DNA from: Macrostomum lignano
Taxonomy: Eukaryota
Assembly: GCA_002269645.1 (NCBI GenBank)
Contig: NIVC01001401.1
Coordinates: forward strand, 138,761-202,760
DNA length: 64,000 nt
Direction of reading: 5' to 3'
Shown here: piece after piece, positions 1 to 13,930 of the stretch
Layout of the letters: each line of letters begins with the position of its first letter
Numbering within the stretch: position 1 is the first letter of the stretch
The notes under the pieces: model-generated
The model's database searches: none
The model's input: only the letters and a program-made list of their open reading frames with translations
Told to the model about the DNA's origin: nothing
Made by a program: the position numbers and the translations under genes

Positions 1-2764
1 CCGCAGGATAGATCCAAGCGACGGAGGTGGGTGCTCGGGGTCTGGAGGGGGAATTCGAGGGGAATTTTTTATTCGGCTTAGATTAGGGCTAGTGGGGAAT
101 TGCTCAGTTTAGATAAGGGCTAGTGGGAAATTGCTCAGCTTAGATAAGGCTAGTGGGGCATTGCTCAGCTTAGATAAGAACTAGTGGGAAATTGCTCAGC
201 TTAGATAAGGGCTAGTGGGGCATTGCTCAGCTTAGATAAGGGCTAGTGGGGCATTGCTCAGCTTAGATAAGAACTAGTGGGAAATTGCTCAGCTTAGATA
301 AGGGCTAGTGGGGAATTGCGCAGCTTAGATAAGGGCTAGTGGGCATTGCTCAGCTTAGATAAGGGCTAGTGGGGCATTGCTCAGCTTAGATAAGGGCTAG
401 TGGGGCATTGCTCAGCTTAGATAAGAACTAGTGGGAAATTGCTCAGCTTAGATAAGGGCTAGTGGGAAATTGCTCAGCTTAGATAAGGGCTAGTGGGGCA
501 TTGCTCAGCTTAGATAAGAACTAGTGGGAAATTGCTCAGCTTAGATAAGGCTAGTGGGGCATTGCTCAGCTTAGATAAGGGCTAGTGGGGCATTGCTCAG
601 CTTAGATAAGAACTAGTGGGAAATTGCTCAGCTTAGATAAGGCTAGTGGGGAATTGCGCAGCTTAGATAAGGCTAGTGGGGCATTGCTCAGCTTAGATAA
701 GGGCTAGTGGGGCATTGCTCAGCTTAGATAAGGGCTAGTGGGGCATTGCTCAGCTTAGATAAGAACTAGTGGGAAATTGCTCAGCTTAGATAAGGGCTAG
801 TGGGGCATTGCTCAGCTTAGATAAGGGCTAGTGGGGCATTGCTCAGCTGTGATAAGAACTAGTGGGAAATTGCTCAGCTTAGATAAGGGCTAGTGGGGAA
901 TTGCGCAGCTAGTAAAAGCCATCAATAGAAATTGCTAAGATTAATAAGGACTCACGTACTCCAGTATATACGCCTTTGTGCTGAAAAATCTTTCTCACCA
1001 TGACAACCGCCCTGTAGCAACGCCAAGCATCAAAGCTGTTTGCCCCAGCGAAGGCTGGACTAACGGCGGCTCCACAGTCATCATTGTGGGAGAGAACTTC
1101 TTCGACGGATTGCAGGTGGTATTTGGCACCATGCTGGTCTGGAGCGAGGTGAGTTCAATTTATTTTCATGTAGCTCTCTCATTTAACAGTATTTTAACGG
1201 GACCTTTCGCACTCCTTTGGCAGATGATTACGTCACATGCCATCCGAGTGCAGACTCCACCGCGTCACATACCAGGCGTAGTGGAAGTGACCCTGTCCTA
1301 CAAGTCCAAGCAGTTTTGCAAGAACGCGCCCGGCGTCTTTGTTTACACTTGTAAGAATTTGCAGTTTGTGCTGCTTTCGTAGTCTCGTAGCTCTACTAAA
1401 AGTAGCTTTGATGGGTTGGCGCTCGTATGTCTTAACATATACATGTAAATTGCTGTGTAGTTAAGTTGTATTGGCCAGGGTTGAAGGCTTCAGTACACAT
1501 TCTCTCCCCCAGCCCTCATGGAGCCGACCATAGACTATGGATTAAAGCGACTATGCCAGCTCATCCGCAGTCTCTCTCCCTGTCCCCATTCTCTCCCCCA
1601 GCCCTCACGGAGCCGACCATAGACTATGGATTCCAGCGACTATGCCAGCTCATACGCAGTCTCTCTCCCTGCCCCCCATTCTCTCCCCCAGCCCTCACGG
1701 AGCCGACCATAGACTATGGATTCCAGCGACTGTGCAAGCTCATACCGAGACACCCGGGCGACCCAGACCGACTGCCGAAAGAGATTATTCTAAAGCGAGC
1801 CGCAGACGTGGCCGAAGCTCTGTACACCATGCCGAGGCAGCACCAGCAGATGCAGCAGGCGCAGCAGCAACAGCAGCAAATTCATCACCAGCAGGCGCCG
1901 CCTCCACCGCCACTCAGTCCGTCAATGCAGGCGGCCAACAACAACAGCTTCCATGTAAGTTCGCAAAAATACCTTGGCTCCGCATTAATATCCGATTTTA
2001 TTGCAATAAAAGTTCACTGTCAAGAATCGACACCATTCCGCAGTCTTACACCAGCCAGCTCGCGTCTCATCTGCTGACTCGGTGGCCGGTCAGTGGTCAT
2101 CCTCGGCTATGGCGGCCGCTGCCGCAGCTGCCGCCGCTGCAGCTTCGACGGACGAGTACAACCGGCCAGTTGGTGGGTCCAGACAGGGTCAGCTGCCTCA
2201 CCATCACCAGCAGCATCAGCAACAGCAGCATCTTCAGCAACAGCAGCAGCAGCAGCAGCATCATCACCATCATGCAGTGCAGCATCCGGGATATGCTGAT
2301 CTTCAGCAGCAGCAGCAGCACCACCACCACCAGACGTTGGCTTCAAACGGCGGATCGGAAGTTGGAAATAACAACGACAACGGCACAGCTGCAGCCGCCG
2401 CCGCAGCCGCCGCAGCCGCCGCAGCAGCCGCCGCAGCCTCCTATCCTACTGCCGCCTCAGGCAGTATGGGAATGCAGATGGGCATGCAGATGGGCATGCA
2501 GATGGGCGTACCAATGGGCATGCCGGCGGTTACTGGGCCCGGTCAGGACTTTCTGCACGGAGCGCGTAAGTTTTAGCCAGCAAAACTCTTTTGTTGCTAC
2601 TTATTGATGATTTGTTAGTAGTGTACATTGTATGTAGCACACCACTTTCTAAACATTTTGCAGGCATGTCCTCTCTGCCCTTCACCTCAGTCAACCCGTT
2701 CGCTCTGAGCAGCTCGGGGCCGACTTACCCTGGCGGCGGCTCCATCGCTTCGCCAGTAAAATGA
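1..2764 (+). CDS. coe: COE (collier/Olf1/EBF) transcription factor, 3' part (IPT/TIG domain, atypical HLH, low-complexity C-terminus); 5' end lies outside the window
   Basis: Exons <1-26, 1018-1148, 1224-1350, 1692-1954, 2094-2565, 2664-2764, all GT-AG and phase-consistent. Translation [85 protein letters not shown]...[44 protein letters not shown] matches the EBF/collier IPT and HLH signatures. Ends [12 protein letters not shown]...SPVK*. Confidence 0.96.
72..912. repeat. 31-bp minisatellite (AAGGGCTAGTGGGGCATTGCTCAGCTTAGAT)n in COE intron
   Basis: About 27 tandem copies with minor variants, read directly. Confidence 0.95.
1497..1745 (+). repeat. Tandem 89/90-bp duplication of COE splice acceptor plus HLH exon start (2 extra copies)
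   Basis: CATTCTCTCCCCCAG|CCCTCA(C/T)GGAGCCGACCATAGACTATGGATT recurs with exon starts at 1513, 1602 and 1692 (spacings 89 and 90 bp). Confidence 0.93.
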
Positions 2765-4518
2765 AGCTGAGACTCCTGCCTAGCAACTAAATCAGCTGCA
2801 TCAGAGCTCAGACAATTTTGATCGCATCATCCACCTTATTTACAAGAATTTGGGCATCAATCCCTTGATCTGCTACTGTCTGAACAGTGCGTTTTCTGTG
2901 ACCAGTTTTCATGCCTCGAACATGCGCTCTATACATTACTGACAATTTATTGTACAAACAGTAGGCGAGTATGCTAATTGCCAGAATAATTTAGTTTGTA
3001 GTGTCTTGAATTTTTTCAAACTAATCAGCTGATTCAAAACTGTGCACCAATGACTGACAAGATAAATTCTAACAATGCGCGAAATTAAAAAAGCAGTAAA
3101 ACAAAACGAAACATTTATTTAAACTCAAGAATTTAAAATGAACTCTGCTGGGAGCTGTTTCTTAGTTTATAATTCAGTTAAATAGAGATTTATTAATAAT
3201 TTGTTTGTTTAATGTGATTCGCATCAACACAAATATAGTAGTGTACAGGTAAATTGATGATTAACTATAGGCATCAGCGCTAGAAAGAACACACTGTTTG
3301 CACTCTGTGCCTGGGTTAATTGACAAGCTGTTGACGGCTAAGGCGAACTTGATGATTTTTGAACGAACGGAGCGAGCAACAAGTTTTCCAAAAATATTAT
3401 CTGAGTACTGAATGATGCAGACAGAAGAGATTTATTACGCATGGAAATGCTTTGACAGCACCGCCAATGCTAGTTGAACAGGTATTGGTTCATTGGGGGG
3501 ACAAACAAGCAGTTATGAGCAAAGAGGCAATCAAGAAAGTTCAACTAGCAGGGGCGGTCACTAAATTTCCACTATCTCTCTGTCTTGTTTGACTGCGCGA
3601 GTTGACAAAATGAAAGTTATCTAACAGCGATATTTAACAATGAGTTGCTAATGACAATGAAGGCCCTATAGGAATTACAATTTTCGATGCTCGAAGACAT
3701 GTTAATCTGTGGATTGCAACGAAAAGTACGCTGGAAGGTTAATAAGCTAGAAATTCTATCAAATATCAAATATACATTCTAAACAGTTTCGAAAGCTACG
3801 CGTGAAGCAGAACTAGCTAAAATTGTAAAAGCGATAAACAGCAGCATATGTACAATAGTGGCCGGCACCACCAGCCGAGTCTGTCAGCGCCATGGCTTGG
3901 TGCCTGCAGATAAACAAGGAAGGAACGGTGTTTTTTCTGTCAAATATTTAATAAAAATTGCAATACTATTTACCAGCGGAGAGTGTAAACTCACCTCAGC
4001 TCCTCCACCTTCCCGAATGGCGGAGGGGACCCTCCAGCTCTCGGGCGGCTCCCGACTGCTCAAAAGCGCTGCTCACCCGGCCTAGCATTTTATAGCCTCT
4101 CGGAGCGCAGACTGCATTCCAGGTGGTTGGGGAGTGGGGACCCACCCCCCGCTGTCCTCAGTCCCTTAGACCCCTGTAGCCAGTGGCAACGATGACCCCC
4201 CCCCCCCTGGGTGCCTTCGAACCCCTCTTGGCAGATAAAAGAGAGACAAAATAGAAATTCGACACAATAGAAGGCAGAGGCTGAAATTTAGTTAGAGAAC
4301 AGAAGAAACAATCCGACAAAAGAAATGAGCAACAATTTCAATGCCGAGCTGCTGCACCCTCCCACTCAGGCTGACAGGAGGGGGCCTGCAGAGGCTGCCA
4401 GCTCAAGTTATGAGCCGCGGCAACAGTAAGGGCTGGACAGTACCTTGTTAACAAGGCGCCTGGTTTACCTGAGCTTCTGCTTGCGGTTGCTTTGGGCTGC
4501 TGTGGTTGCTTTGCATAC

Positions 4519-5089
<571 letters not shown>

Positions 5090-6005
5090 AGCTGTTTAGC
5101 CTTGCTTTGAGTTTCTCAACCCCAGCCCCCCCCCCCCACCCAAATACTAGAGTTGGCAGCGGACAGAAGCACCGCTAAAAGCAGGTGAAACGCTGCGGCC
5201 CAACTTTGTTGCGAATAACAATGGGCTTGTGGATGCAGTTGGTATGAACTGGGGAGGGGGCAGGTGCCCAGCCCACTTTGGCTACTCCAGCAGGGCTTCC
5301 ATTGTGCCGCCACCGCAGCGCGAGACTTTGAGTTCGGGCAGTGCAGCACTATTTGAGCGTAAAATATTATTATACTTAAATCTTCACCCTATATGCTGCT
5401 ACTCAAGTGAGCAACTCAGACTGCAGGTTTGAGCAAAGGGTGGGTGGGGGTCGCACCTGAGGCAATCTACCCAGAGCCATCGAAGCTTGTCTGTCCCTCC
5501 GCTTTGAGTCGCAATAGTTGGTTAAGTGAGAGACTGAGATGAAGCTTTGGATGCAGAATGACTGTCAAAACAATATGCGGAGCAAGTTCTGCATAGCCAA
5601 ACGAGCTACCTACTTATTTCAATGTACTTATTTAGCGCGGTCAAAGCAATTTTCAGTGGATGGAAAGAAATTTACATTACCCAACAATGTTACACATATG
5701 GACAGCAACAAAAACAATGTACAATATCAAGTTTTTCTGTCAAAGACACGAATATTTTTGACATGGCGAACATGGTTAACTTGCTTACATTTTACATAGA
5801 GAAATATCGAAATTTTTAATCTCGAGCTCTGGACTTTGATATACGATACCACTGTTGCCTTCAGTTAGATAAAGCTGAAAGTAAAGTTGTTTCTTGTCCA
5901 TATGTGCGAAATTGTTGGGTTAAAATTTCAGGTTTGGCAAGTTCATTCCATCAAAAAGTTCGAAGAAAATTATCGTTACGTTTGGGACATCTACGGATTA
6001 CAATT

Positions 6006-7020
6006 ACTAGGCACTTCAGTGCATCTACTGGCACCTCAATGCATCTACTGGCACCTCAATGCATCTACTGGCACCTCAATGCATCTACTGGCACCTCAAT
6101 GCATCTACTGGCACCTCAATGCATCTACTGGCACCTCAATGCATCTACTGGCACCTCAATGCATCTACTGGCACCTCAATGCATCTACTGGCACCTCAAT
6201 GCATCTACTGGCACCTCAATGCATCTACTGGCACCTCAATGCATCTACTGGCACCTCAATGCATCTACTGGCACCTCAATGCATCTAATGGCACCTCAAT
6301 GCATCTACTGACACCTCAATGCATCTACTGACACCTCAATCCATCTAATGGCACCTCAATGCATCTACTGACACCTCAATCCATCTAATGGCACCTCAAT
6401 GCATCTACTGGCACCTCAATGCATCTACTGGCACCTCAATGCATCTACTGGCACCTCAATGCATCTACTGGCACCTCAATGCATCTACTGGCACCTCAAT
6501 GCATCTAATGGCACCTCAATGCATCTACTGACACCTCAATGCATCTACTGACACCTCAATCCATCTAATGGCACCTCAATGCATCTACTGACACCTCAAT
6601 CCATCTAATGGCACCTCAATGCATCTACTGGCACCTCAATGCATCTACTGGCACCTCAATGCATCTACTGGCACCTCAATGCATCTACTGGCACCTCAAT
6701 GCATCTACTGGCACCTCAATACATCTACTGACACTTCAATACATCTACTGACACTTCAATACATCTACTGACACTTCAATACATCTACTGACACTTCAAT
6801 ACATCTACTGGCACCTCAATGCATCTACTGGCACCTCAATGCATCTGACTGGCTCTTCAGTGCATCTACTGACACTTCAATGCCTCTACTGACACTTCAA
6901 TGCATCTACTGACACCTCAATGCATCTACTGACACCTCAATCCATCTAATGGCACCTCAATGCATCTACTGGCAACTCAATACATCTACTGACACTTCAA
7001 TACATCTACTGGCAGCTCAA
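6006..7020. repeat. 20-bp minisatellite (GCATCTACTGGCACCTCAAT)n
   Basis: About 50 tandem copies. Confidence 0.96.
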
Positions 7021-7990
7021 TTTATAAATCTACTGATGCTTTTATTTCAATTCTGTTAGACTACATACTACTTGGTTAAGTAGTGACACAATATTCTAAT
7101 ACCGGAAAGAGTGAATGCAATTTGTCAGGCATTTTCAGTATCTCCGATGCAGCTGAGGGCCGAAATCTCAGGTAACTATATATAAGCTTATCCCCAATAT
7201 GCAGCGCAGATCGCACCTATATGGAAACGAGCTCCCAAACCTCTCAATGCTTCCCAGGAAGTTGAATTATTCACACCTGACTAATTGCTGACTATATAGT
7301 CATATCAGTGCATATAGTTTATAGTTGTACAATATTTATTAATCGGACAGTATTAGGTTTCTGTATACAGTATATTATATATACTACTATTCTAAGCTGC
7401 AGTTTGTTAAATAAACAAGTAGTATGTGTGTGTGTAGAGGAGGGCAAGGGTGTTAGGCTGGGAAGGTCAAGATTTTCTGCTTTCCTTGCATTCTTTGCAC
7501 TGGCATTGCAAGTGTGTGTACACAGCAGTTACTAGAATAGACTTGGCTACTTACTGGCTGGAGGAGGGAGCCCTGGCCCGGATTTGGAAATTCTTACGAT
7601 AATACGGCAGTCATCCCCTCCCCTGTGCTAACTGCTAGTTAGTCCCTAGCTACTCGAATCGGCTGCTTTGGAACTTCCTTTGCGTCTGGTTCAGATCGAC
7701 TGAGGGGAGGGGGGGGTAGTGCGAGATATTCTGACCAAAGTTGGCGAACATTGGAGCAGAAAGATGCACAGAGCCAGTCTGCAAAGTCCAACTACTACTG
7801 TGTGGTGCGAAGTGTGCGCTCAATAAAAAGAAGCGGGTATAGCGGGATGCCCGGATGCGAGATAAGAAGGAAGTGAGAATAAGGTGCGATAGTCCTTATG
7901 AGTCCTGATAGAGTCCTTTAGGAGTCCATTGAGAGTCCCGAGAGAGCTCCAGGTGTCACATGAGTGCCAAGGCGCGATTCTGGAACTTCT

Positions 7991-8408
7991 GCTGTAGAGT
8001 CGGGCTGTAGTAGGGTCGGGCTGTAGTAGGATCGGGCTGTAGTAGGGTCGGGCTGTAGTAGGGTCGGGCTGTAGTAGGGTCGGGCTGTAGTAGGGTCGGG
8101 CTGTAGTAGGGTCGGGCTATAGTAGGGTCGGGCTATAGTAGGATCGGGCTGTAGTAGGGTCGGGCTGTAGTAGGGTCGGGCTGTAGTAGGGTCGGGCTGT
8201 AGTAGGATCGGGCTGTAGTAGGGTCGGGCTGAAGTAGGGTCGGGCTGTAGTAGGGTCGGGCTGTAGTAGGGTCGGGCTGTAGTAGGGTCGGGCTGTAGTA
8301 GGGTCGGGCTGTAGTAGGGTCGGGCTGTAGTAAGGTCGGGCTGTAGTAGGTTCGGGCTGTAGTAGGATCGGGCTGTAGTAGGGTCGGGCTGTAGTAGGTC
8401 GGGCTGCA
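7991..8408. repeat. 16-bp minisatellite (GTAGTAGGGTCGGGCT)n
   Basis: About 26 tandem copies. Confidence 0.95.
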
Positions 8409-8834
8409 GTTGGAAGGCCTGTGGCTATAATCGCACTATTTCATATATCATGTCCCCTTCATCCTGTCCCCCAAGACAGCCCGTTGCAAGCTACAACGGA
8501 AGTCAATTTTGCTTAACAAGCAAAGAAGAAGCAAGCGTCTTCTTTCATCTGCTACTGAAGTAGATGGATATCAGACTGGTGTTTGTGATTACTTTTCCGA
8601 CAATAGAAAAGTTCGAACCAACATTCATGCATGTAGTGTAATTGCCGAAACTTTTTGTCCTGAAGAGGACGTCGTCAATGTTTAGTTTAAATTTAAACGA
8701 AAGAGTGAAGGAAAACATATTTATACATGTATTGTATACTTGGGTTGAAAAGATATGAAACAATTAGTGAAATTATCCATGCTAATTGTAGCTTTTGGTC
8801 AGTTTTTGGCAATCAAGGTAGGAGTTCCAAAAAT

Positions 8835-9793
8835 ATCAGAATCTCCCCCATCTCAGAATCTCCCCCATCTCAGAATCTCCCCTATCTCAGAATTTCCCCC
8901 ATCTCAGAATCTCCCCCATCTCAGAATCTCCCTTATTACAGAATCTCCCCCATCTCAGAATCTCCCCCATCTCAGAATCTCCCCATCTCAGAATCTCCCC
9001 CATCTCAGACTCTCCCCCATCTCAGAATCTCCCCATCTCAGAATCTCCCCCATCTCAGAATCTCCCTCATCTCAGAATCTCGATCCCCAATCTCAGAATC
9101 TCCCCCATCTCAGAATCTCCCCCATCTCAGAATCTCGATCCCCCATCTCAGAATCTCCCCCATCTCAGAATCTCCCCCATCTCAGAATCTCGATCCCCCA
9201 TCTCAGAATCTCCCCCATCTCAGAATCTCCCCCATCTCAGAATCTCCCCTATCTCAGAATCTCTCCCATCTCGGAGTCTCTCCCCATCTCAGAATCTCTC
9301 CCATCTCGGAGTCTCTCCCCATCTCAGAATCTCTCCCATCTCGGAGTCTCTCCCATCTCAGAATCTCCCCCATCTCAGAATCTCCCCCATCTCAGAATCT
9401 CTCCCATCTCGGAGTCTCTCCCCATCTCAGAATCTCTCCCATCTCGGAGTCTCCCCCATCTCAGAATCTCCCCCATCTCAGAATCTCCCCCATCTAAGAA
9501 TCTCCCCCATCTCAGAATCTCCCCCATCTCAGAATCTCCCCCATCTCAGAATCTCGATCCCCCATCTCAGAATCTCCCCCATCTCAGAATCTCCCCCATC
9601 TCAGAATCTCCCCCATCTCAGAATCTCTCCCATCTCAGAATCTCCCCCATCTCAGAATCTCCCCCATCTAAGAATCTCCCCCATCTCAGAATCTCCCCCA
9701 TCTCAGAATCTCCCCCATCTCAGAATCTCCCCCATCTCAGATCTCCCCCATCTCAGAATCTCACCCATCTAAGAATCTCCCCCATCTCAGAAT
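8835..9793. repeat. 16/17-bp minisatellite (ATCTCAGAATCTCCCCC)n
   Basis: Tandem copies with length variants; explains ORFs 8727-9497 and 8755-9918. Confidence 0.95.
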
Positions 9794-10436
9794 TTCCCTG
9801 TCCCCTTTCCGTGCTTCGCCAGCAGCGCACAGACATGGAGCCCAGTGCTTGCCCGATGCCAGCGCTCCTTGACCGCGAGCACTGTCCACTCGGCCACCGC
9901 GCAGCCCACCAAGGGTGATTAGATTCCTTTCCTCATCCATCCTTCTTCCTCAACAGCGCACCCTTAAACTGTTCCACTCCCCGGCAGCAAAGTGGCGGCA
10001 AACACAATTACTTCGCATCAGCCCCACCTCCCAAAACTCGCCCTGAGCAGCGAGAAGTTCTCCGTCAGTTTCCCTGCTGCCTCCGTTTGTCATTTTCTGT
10101 ACAACCAATTTATTCTGCCAGTGCTGCCGCTGCCGCTGCTCACAAGGGCTGCTCTAGAAAAAACCGACTGGAGTGAGCAAGGTAATCAATAAGGGAACTC
10201 TGTCTCGTCCTTCTTAACCGTTGCATCGGCCTTGGATCCACTTGATCAGCCATTTTGGTGGTCTACGATTATTCTGTTCCTGACAGGCGGCAGGCTGAGG
10301 CGTGAGATGGACATGGTGCGAGGCTGGAGATGGGGGCGGGGTGGGGGACCAAGATCTCTGGGTCTGATTTCGAAACCTCAATCCAAATCATGAGCTTATC
10401 GAACGCCAATAACATTAATGAGACTTAAAAAGCTTA

Positions 10437-10972
10437 CTTCGCAACCTCAACTATGAGACTTCGCAACCTCAACTATGAGACTTCGCAACCTCAACCATGA
10501 CACTTCGCAACCTCAACTATGAGACTTCGCAACCTCAACTATGAGACTTCGCAACCTTAACTATGACACTTCGCAACCTCAACCATGACACTTCGCAACC
10601 TCAACTATGACACTTCGCAACCTCAACTATGAGACTTCGCAACCTCAACTATGACACTTCGCAACCTCAACTATGAGACTTCGCAACCTTAACTATGAGA
10701 CTTCGCAACCTCAACTATGAGACTTCGCAACCTCAACTATGAGACTTCGCAACCTTAACTATGAGACTTCGCAACCTCAACTATGAGACTTCACAACCTC
10801 AACTATGAGACTTCACAACCTCAACTATGAGACTTCACAACCTCAACTATGAGACTTCACAACCTCAACTATGAGACTTCGCAACCTCAACCATGAGACT
10901 TTGCAACCATGAGACTTCGCAACCTCAACCATGAGACTTCGGAACCTCAATCATGAGACTTCGGAACCTCAA
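10437..10972. repeat. 22-bp minisatellite (CTTCGCAACCTCAACTATGAGA)n
   Basis: About 24 tandem copies. Confidence 0.95.
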
Positions 10973-11583
10973 TATATGCACGGCCATCAAGTTTCAACAG
11001 TAAAAATTCTGGCATCAGACTTCTATGCTTGAATTCCTATTTTGATCACTCAGGTTGCGGCGTTTCATTAGCACCGAGAAACAGTTTGCCAAATCTCGTA
11101 TGTTCCGCTTCAAGCGGGGCCTCAGGGAAGAAGCAGACGGCTGCTCCACCCACTCCAACAGCCTCCCCATCGTAACGTGGAACCGCATTCTAAGAAAATC
11201 CCGCTAAATACCGCTGCAAACGCAGAAAGGAAAAGAAAAAGAAAGAAACGAAAGAATTGGCAACATGAGAGAGAAAAAGATAACCGTCAAGCTTTGGCCG
11301 TCAAAATGCTTTCAACTGCAGCTTCCCTCATCAACCGCCCCCGGAGGTGCACCGAAGGCGTGCGTTTAGTTTCGCTTGGTGATTCGAATTACGGATTAAT
11401 GCACAATATCCATGCAATAAAAATGTGGAAATTCTTTTTCTTAGCTTCAAACCCCCAGGCGAAGCAGTGCCGGCGATTTTCCACCTGGGGCCCGTAAATG
11501 GAGGCGATTTTAAGAGAGAAATTATACTACCAACAGGGACCACTGTAAGTCACCTGGACTGGAAGCCAGAAGAGCGAAGTGTC

Positions 11584-12005
11584 CTAACCCTAACTAACCC
11601 TAAACCTAACCCAAAACCTAACCCTAAACCTAACGCTAAACCTAAACCTAAAGCTAAACCTAAACCTAACCCTAAAGCTAAACCTAAACTAAATCTAAAC
11701 CTAACTCTAAACATAACCCTAAACAAAACACTAAACCTAAACCAAAACTTCACCCTAAACCAAAACCTAACCCTAAACCAAAACCTAACCCTAAACCAAA
11801 ACCTAACCCTAAACCAAAACCTAACCCTAAACCAAAACCTAACCCTAAACCAAAACCTAACCCTAAACCAAAACCAAACCCTAAACCTAAACTTAAACCT
11901 TACCCTAAACCTAACCCTAACCCAAAGCCTAAACCAAAACCTAAACCTAAACCTTACCATAAACCTTACCCTAAACATAAACCGAAAACTAAATCTAACC
12001 CAAAC
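11584..12005. repeat. Degenerate telomere-like (CCCTAA/CCTAAA) array with 18-bp higher-order unit
   Basis: CTAACCCTAAACCAAAAC repeats and hexamer variants. Confidence 0.85.
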
Positions 12006-12564
12006 CCACGCGCAATTCAGTTTCTAAAATCAGTTCCCGACTTGATTCCATTTTGTGTCATTTGGCATCTTAAAATCTTTGGCATCTTTAAACTGGAGTT
12101 TGATCTCCAGTCCAAGTGGTTGTCAGGGGGATCCCTGATCTCTAAACTAGCGCACACCCTAACACACCAACTGTCTGACACCGAAGGCTGCCGTTCATCA
12201 TCCGGTCCCAGACTCCCGTCCAGCCTCCACCTTTCCCACCACATCCCTGTTCCCTACTGGCCTGCCCGCAGGGGGCCTCATTAAAGTAGATGGAAAAAAT
12301 GGCGCTGACGAGACTGGAAGAATTTAATTTATTCTGCATGCAATTTTTCATACTTTTATCCTCTAGATCCTGGTCTATCTTAGTCTCATCTATTGAATAA
12401 CCTGTTTTTTGGTTGTTGTCTCTCGCGCAATAGAATTCATAGAGATTGTCTTTGACTGTGCATGTGACTCGGCTGTGCGCTGCAACACTTCCAAGAGGTC
12501 ATCCCGCAGCTCCTGGTCTGATTGGCTGTCAGAAAGACAGAAAGACGCCCTTGTCAAAGAAACA

Positions 12565-13930
12565 GAAACATGATACAGAAACAGGATACAGAAACAGCAA
12601 CAGAAACAGTATGCAAAAACAGAAACAGAAACAGTATGCAAGACAGAAACAGAAACAGGATGCAGAAATAGAATAATACAGAAACAGGATGATACAGAAA
12701 CAGGATGATACAGAAACAGGATGATGCAGAAACAGGATGATACAGAAACAGGATGATACAGAAACAGGATGATGCAGAAACAGGATGATACAGAAACAGG
12801 ATGATACAGAAACAGGATGATGCAGAAACAGAATGAAACAGAAACAGGATGATGCAGAAACAGAATGAAACAGAAACAGGATGATACAGAAACAGGATGA
12901 TACAGAAACACGATGATACAGAAACAGGATGATACAGAAACAGGATGATACAGAAACAGGATGATACAGAAACAGAATGATACAGAAACAGGATGATACA
13001 GAAACAGGATGATACAGAAACAGGATGATACAGAAACAGGATGATGCAGAAACAGAATGATACAGAAACAGGATGATACAGAAACAGGATGATGCAGAAA
13101 CAGGATGATACAGAAACAGGATGATACAGAAACAGGATGATGCAGAAACAGGATGATACAGAAACAGGATGATACAGAAACAGGATGAAACAGAAACAGG
13201 ATGATGCAGAAACAGAATGAAACAGAAACAGGATGATACAGAAACAGAATGAAACAGAAACAGGATGATACAGAAACAGGATGATACAGAAACAGGATGA
13301 TACAGAAACAGGATGATACAGAAACAGGATGATGCAGAAACAGAATGAAACAGAAACAGGATGATACAGAAACAGGATGATACAGAAACAGGATGATACA
13401 GAAACATGATGATACAGAAACAGGATGATGCAGAAACAGAATGAAACAGAAACAGGATGATACAGAAACAGGATGATACAGAAACAGGATGATACAGAAA
13501 CAGGATGATACAGAAACAGGATGATACAGAAACAGGATGATACAGAAACAGGATGATACAGAAACAGGATGATACAGAAACAGGATGATACAGAAACAGG
13601 ATGATACAGAAACAGGATGATACAGAAACAGGATGATACAGAAACAGGATGATGCAGAAACAGGATGATGCAGAAACAGGATGATACAGAAACAGGATGA
13701 TGCAGAAACAGAATGAAACAGAAACAGGATGATACAGAAACAGGATGAAACAGAAACAGGATGATACAGAAACAGGATGATACAGAAACAGGATGATGCA
13801 GAAACAGGATGATACAGAAACAGGATGATACAGAAACAGGATGATGCAGAAACAGAATGATACAGAAACAGGATGATACAGAAACAGGATGATACAGAAA
13901 CAGGATGATGCAGAAACAGAATGAAACAGA
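12565..13930. repeat. 16-bp minisatellite (GATACAGAAACAGGAT)n
   Basis: About 85 copies; explains ORF 12529-14031. Confidence 0.95.

Noticed and set aside
5539-5960. Protein-looking AT-rich frames interrupted by stops (also 8550-8820 and 48970-49200)
   Set aside because: Stop spacing is about what random sequence gives; no recognisable motif
7060-7260. Two small exon-like segments around a 38-nt GT-AG intron giving a partial LRR-like NLRSHLYGNEL
   Set aside because: In-frame TAA near the start, LRR spacing off by one residue, downstream donor weak; compatible with chance
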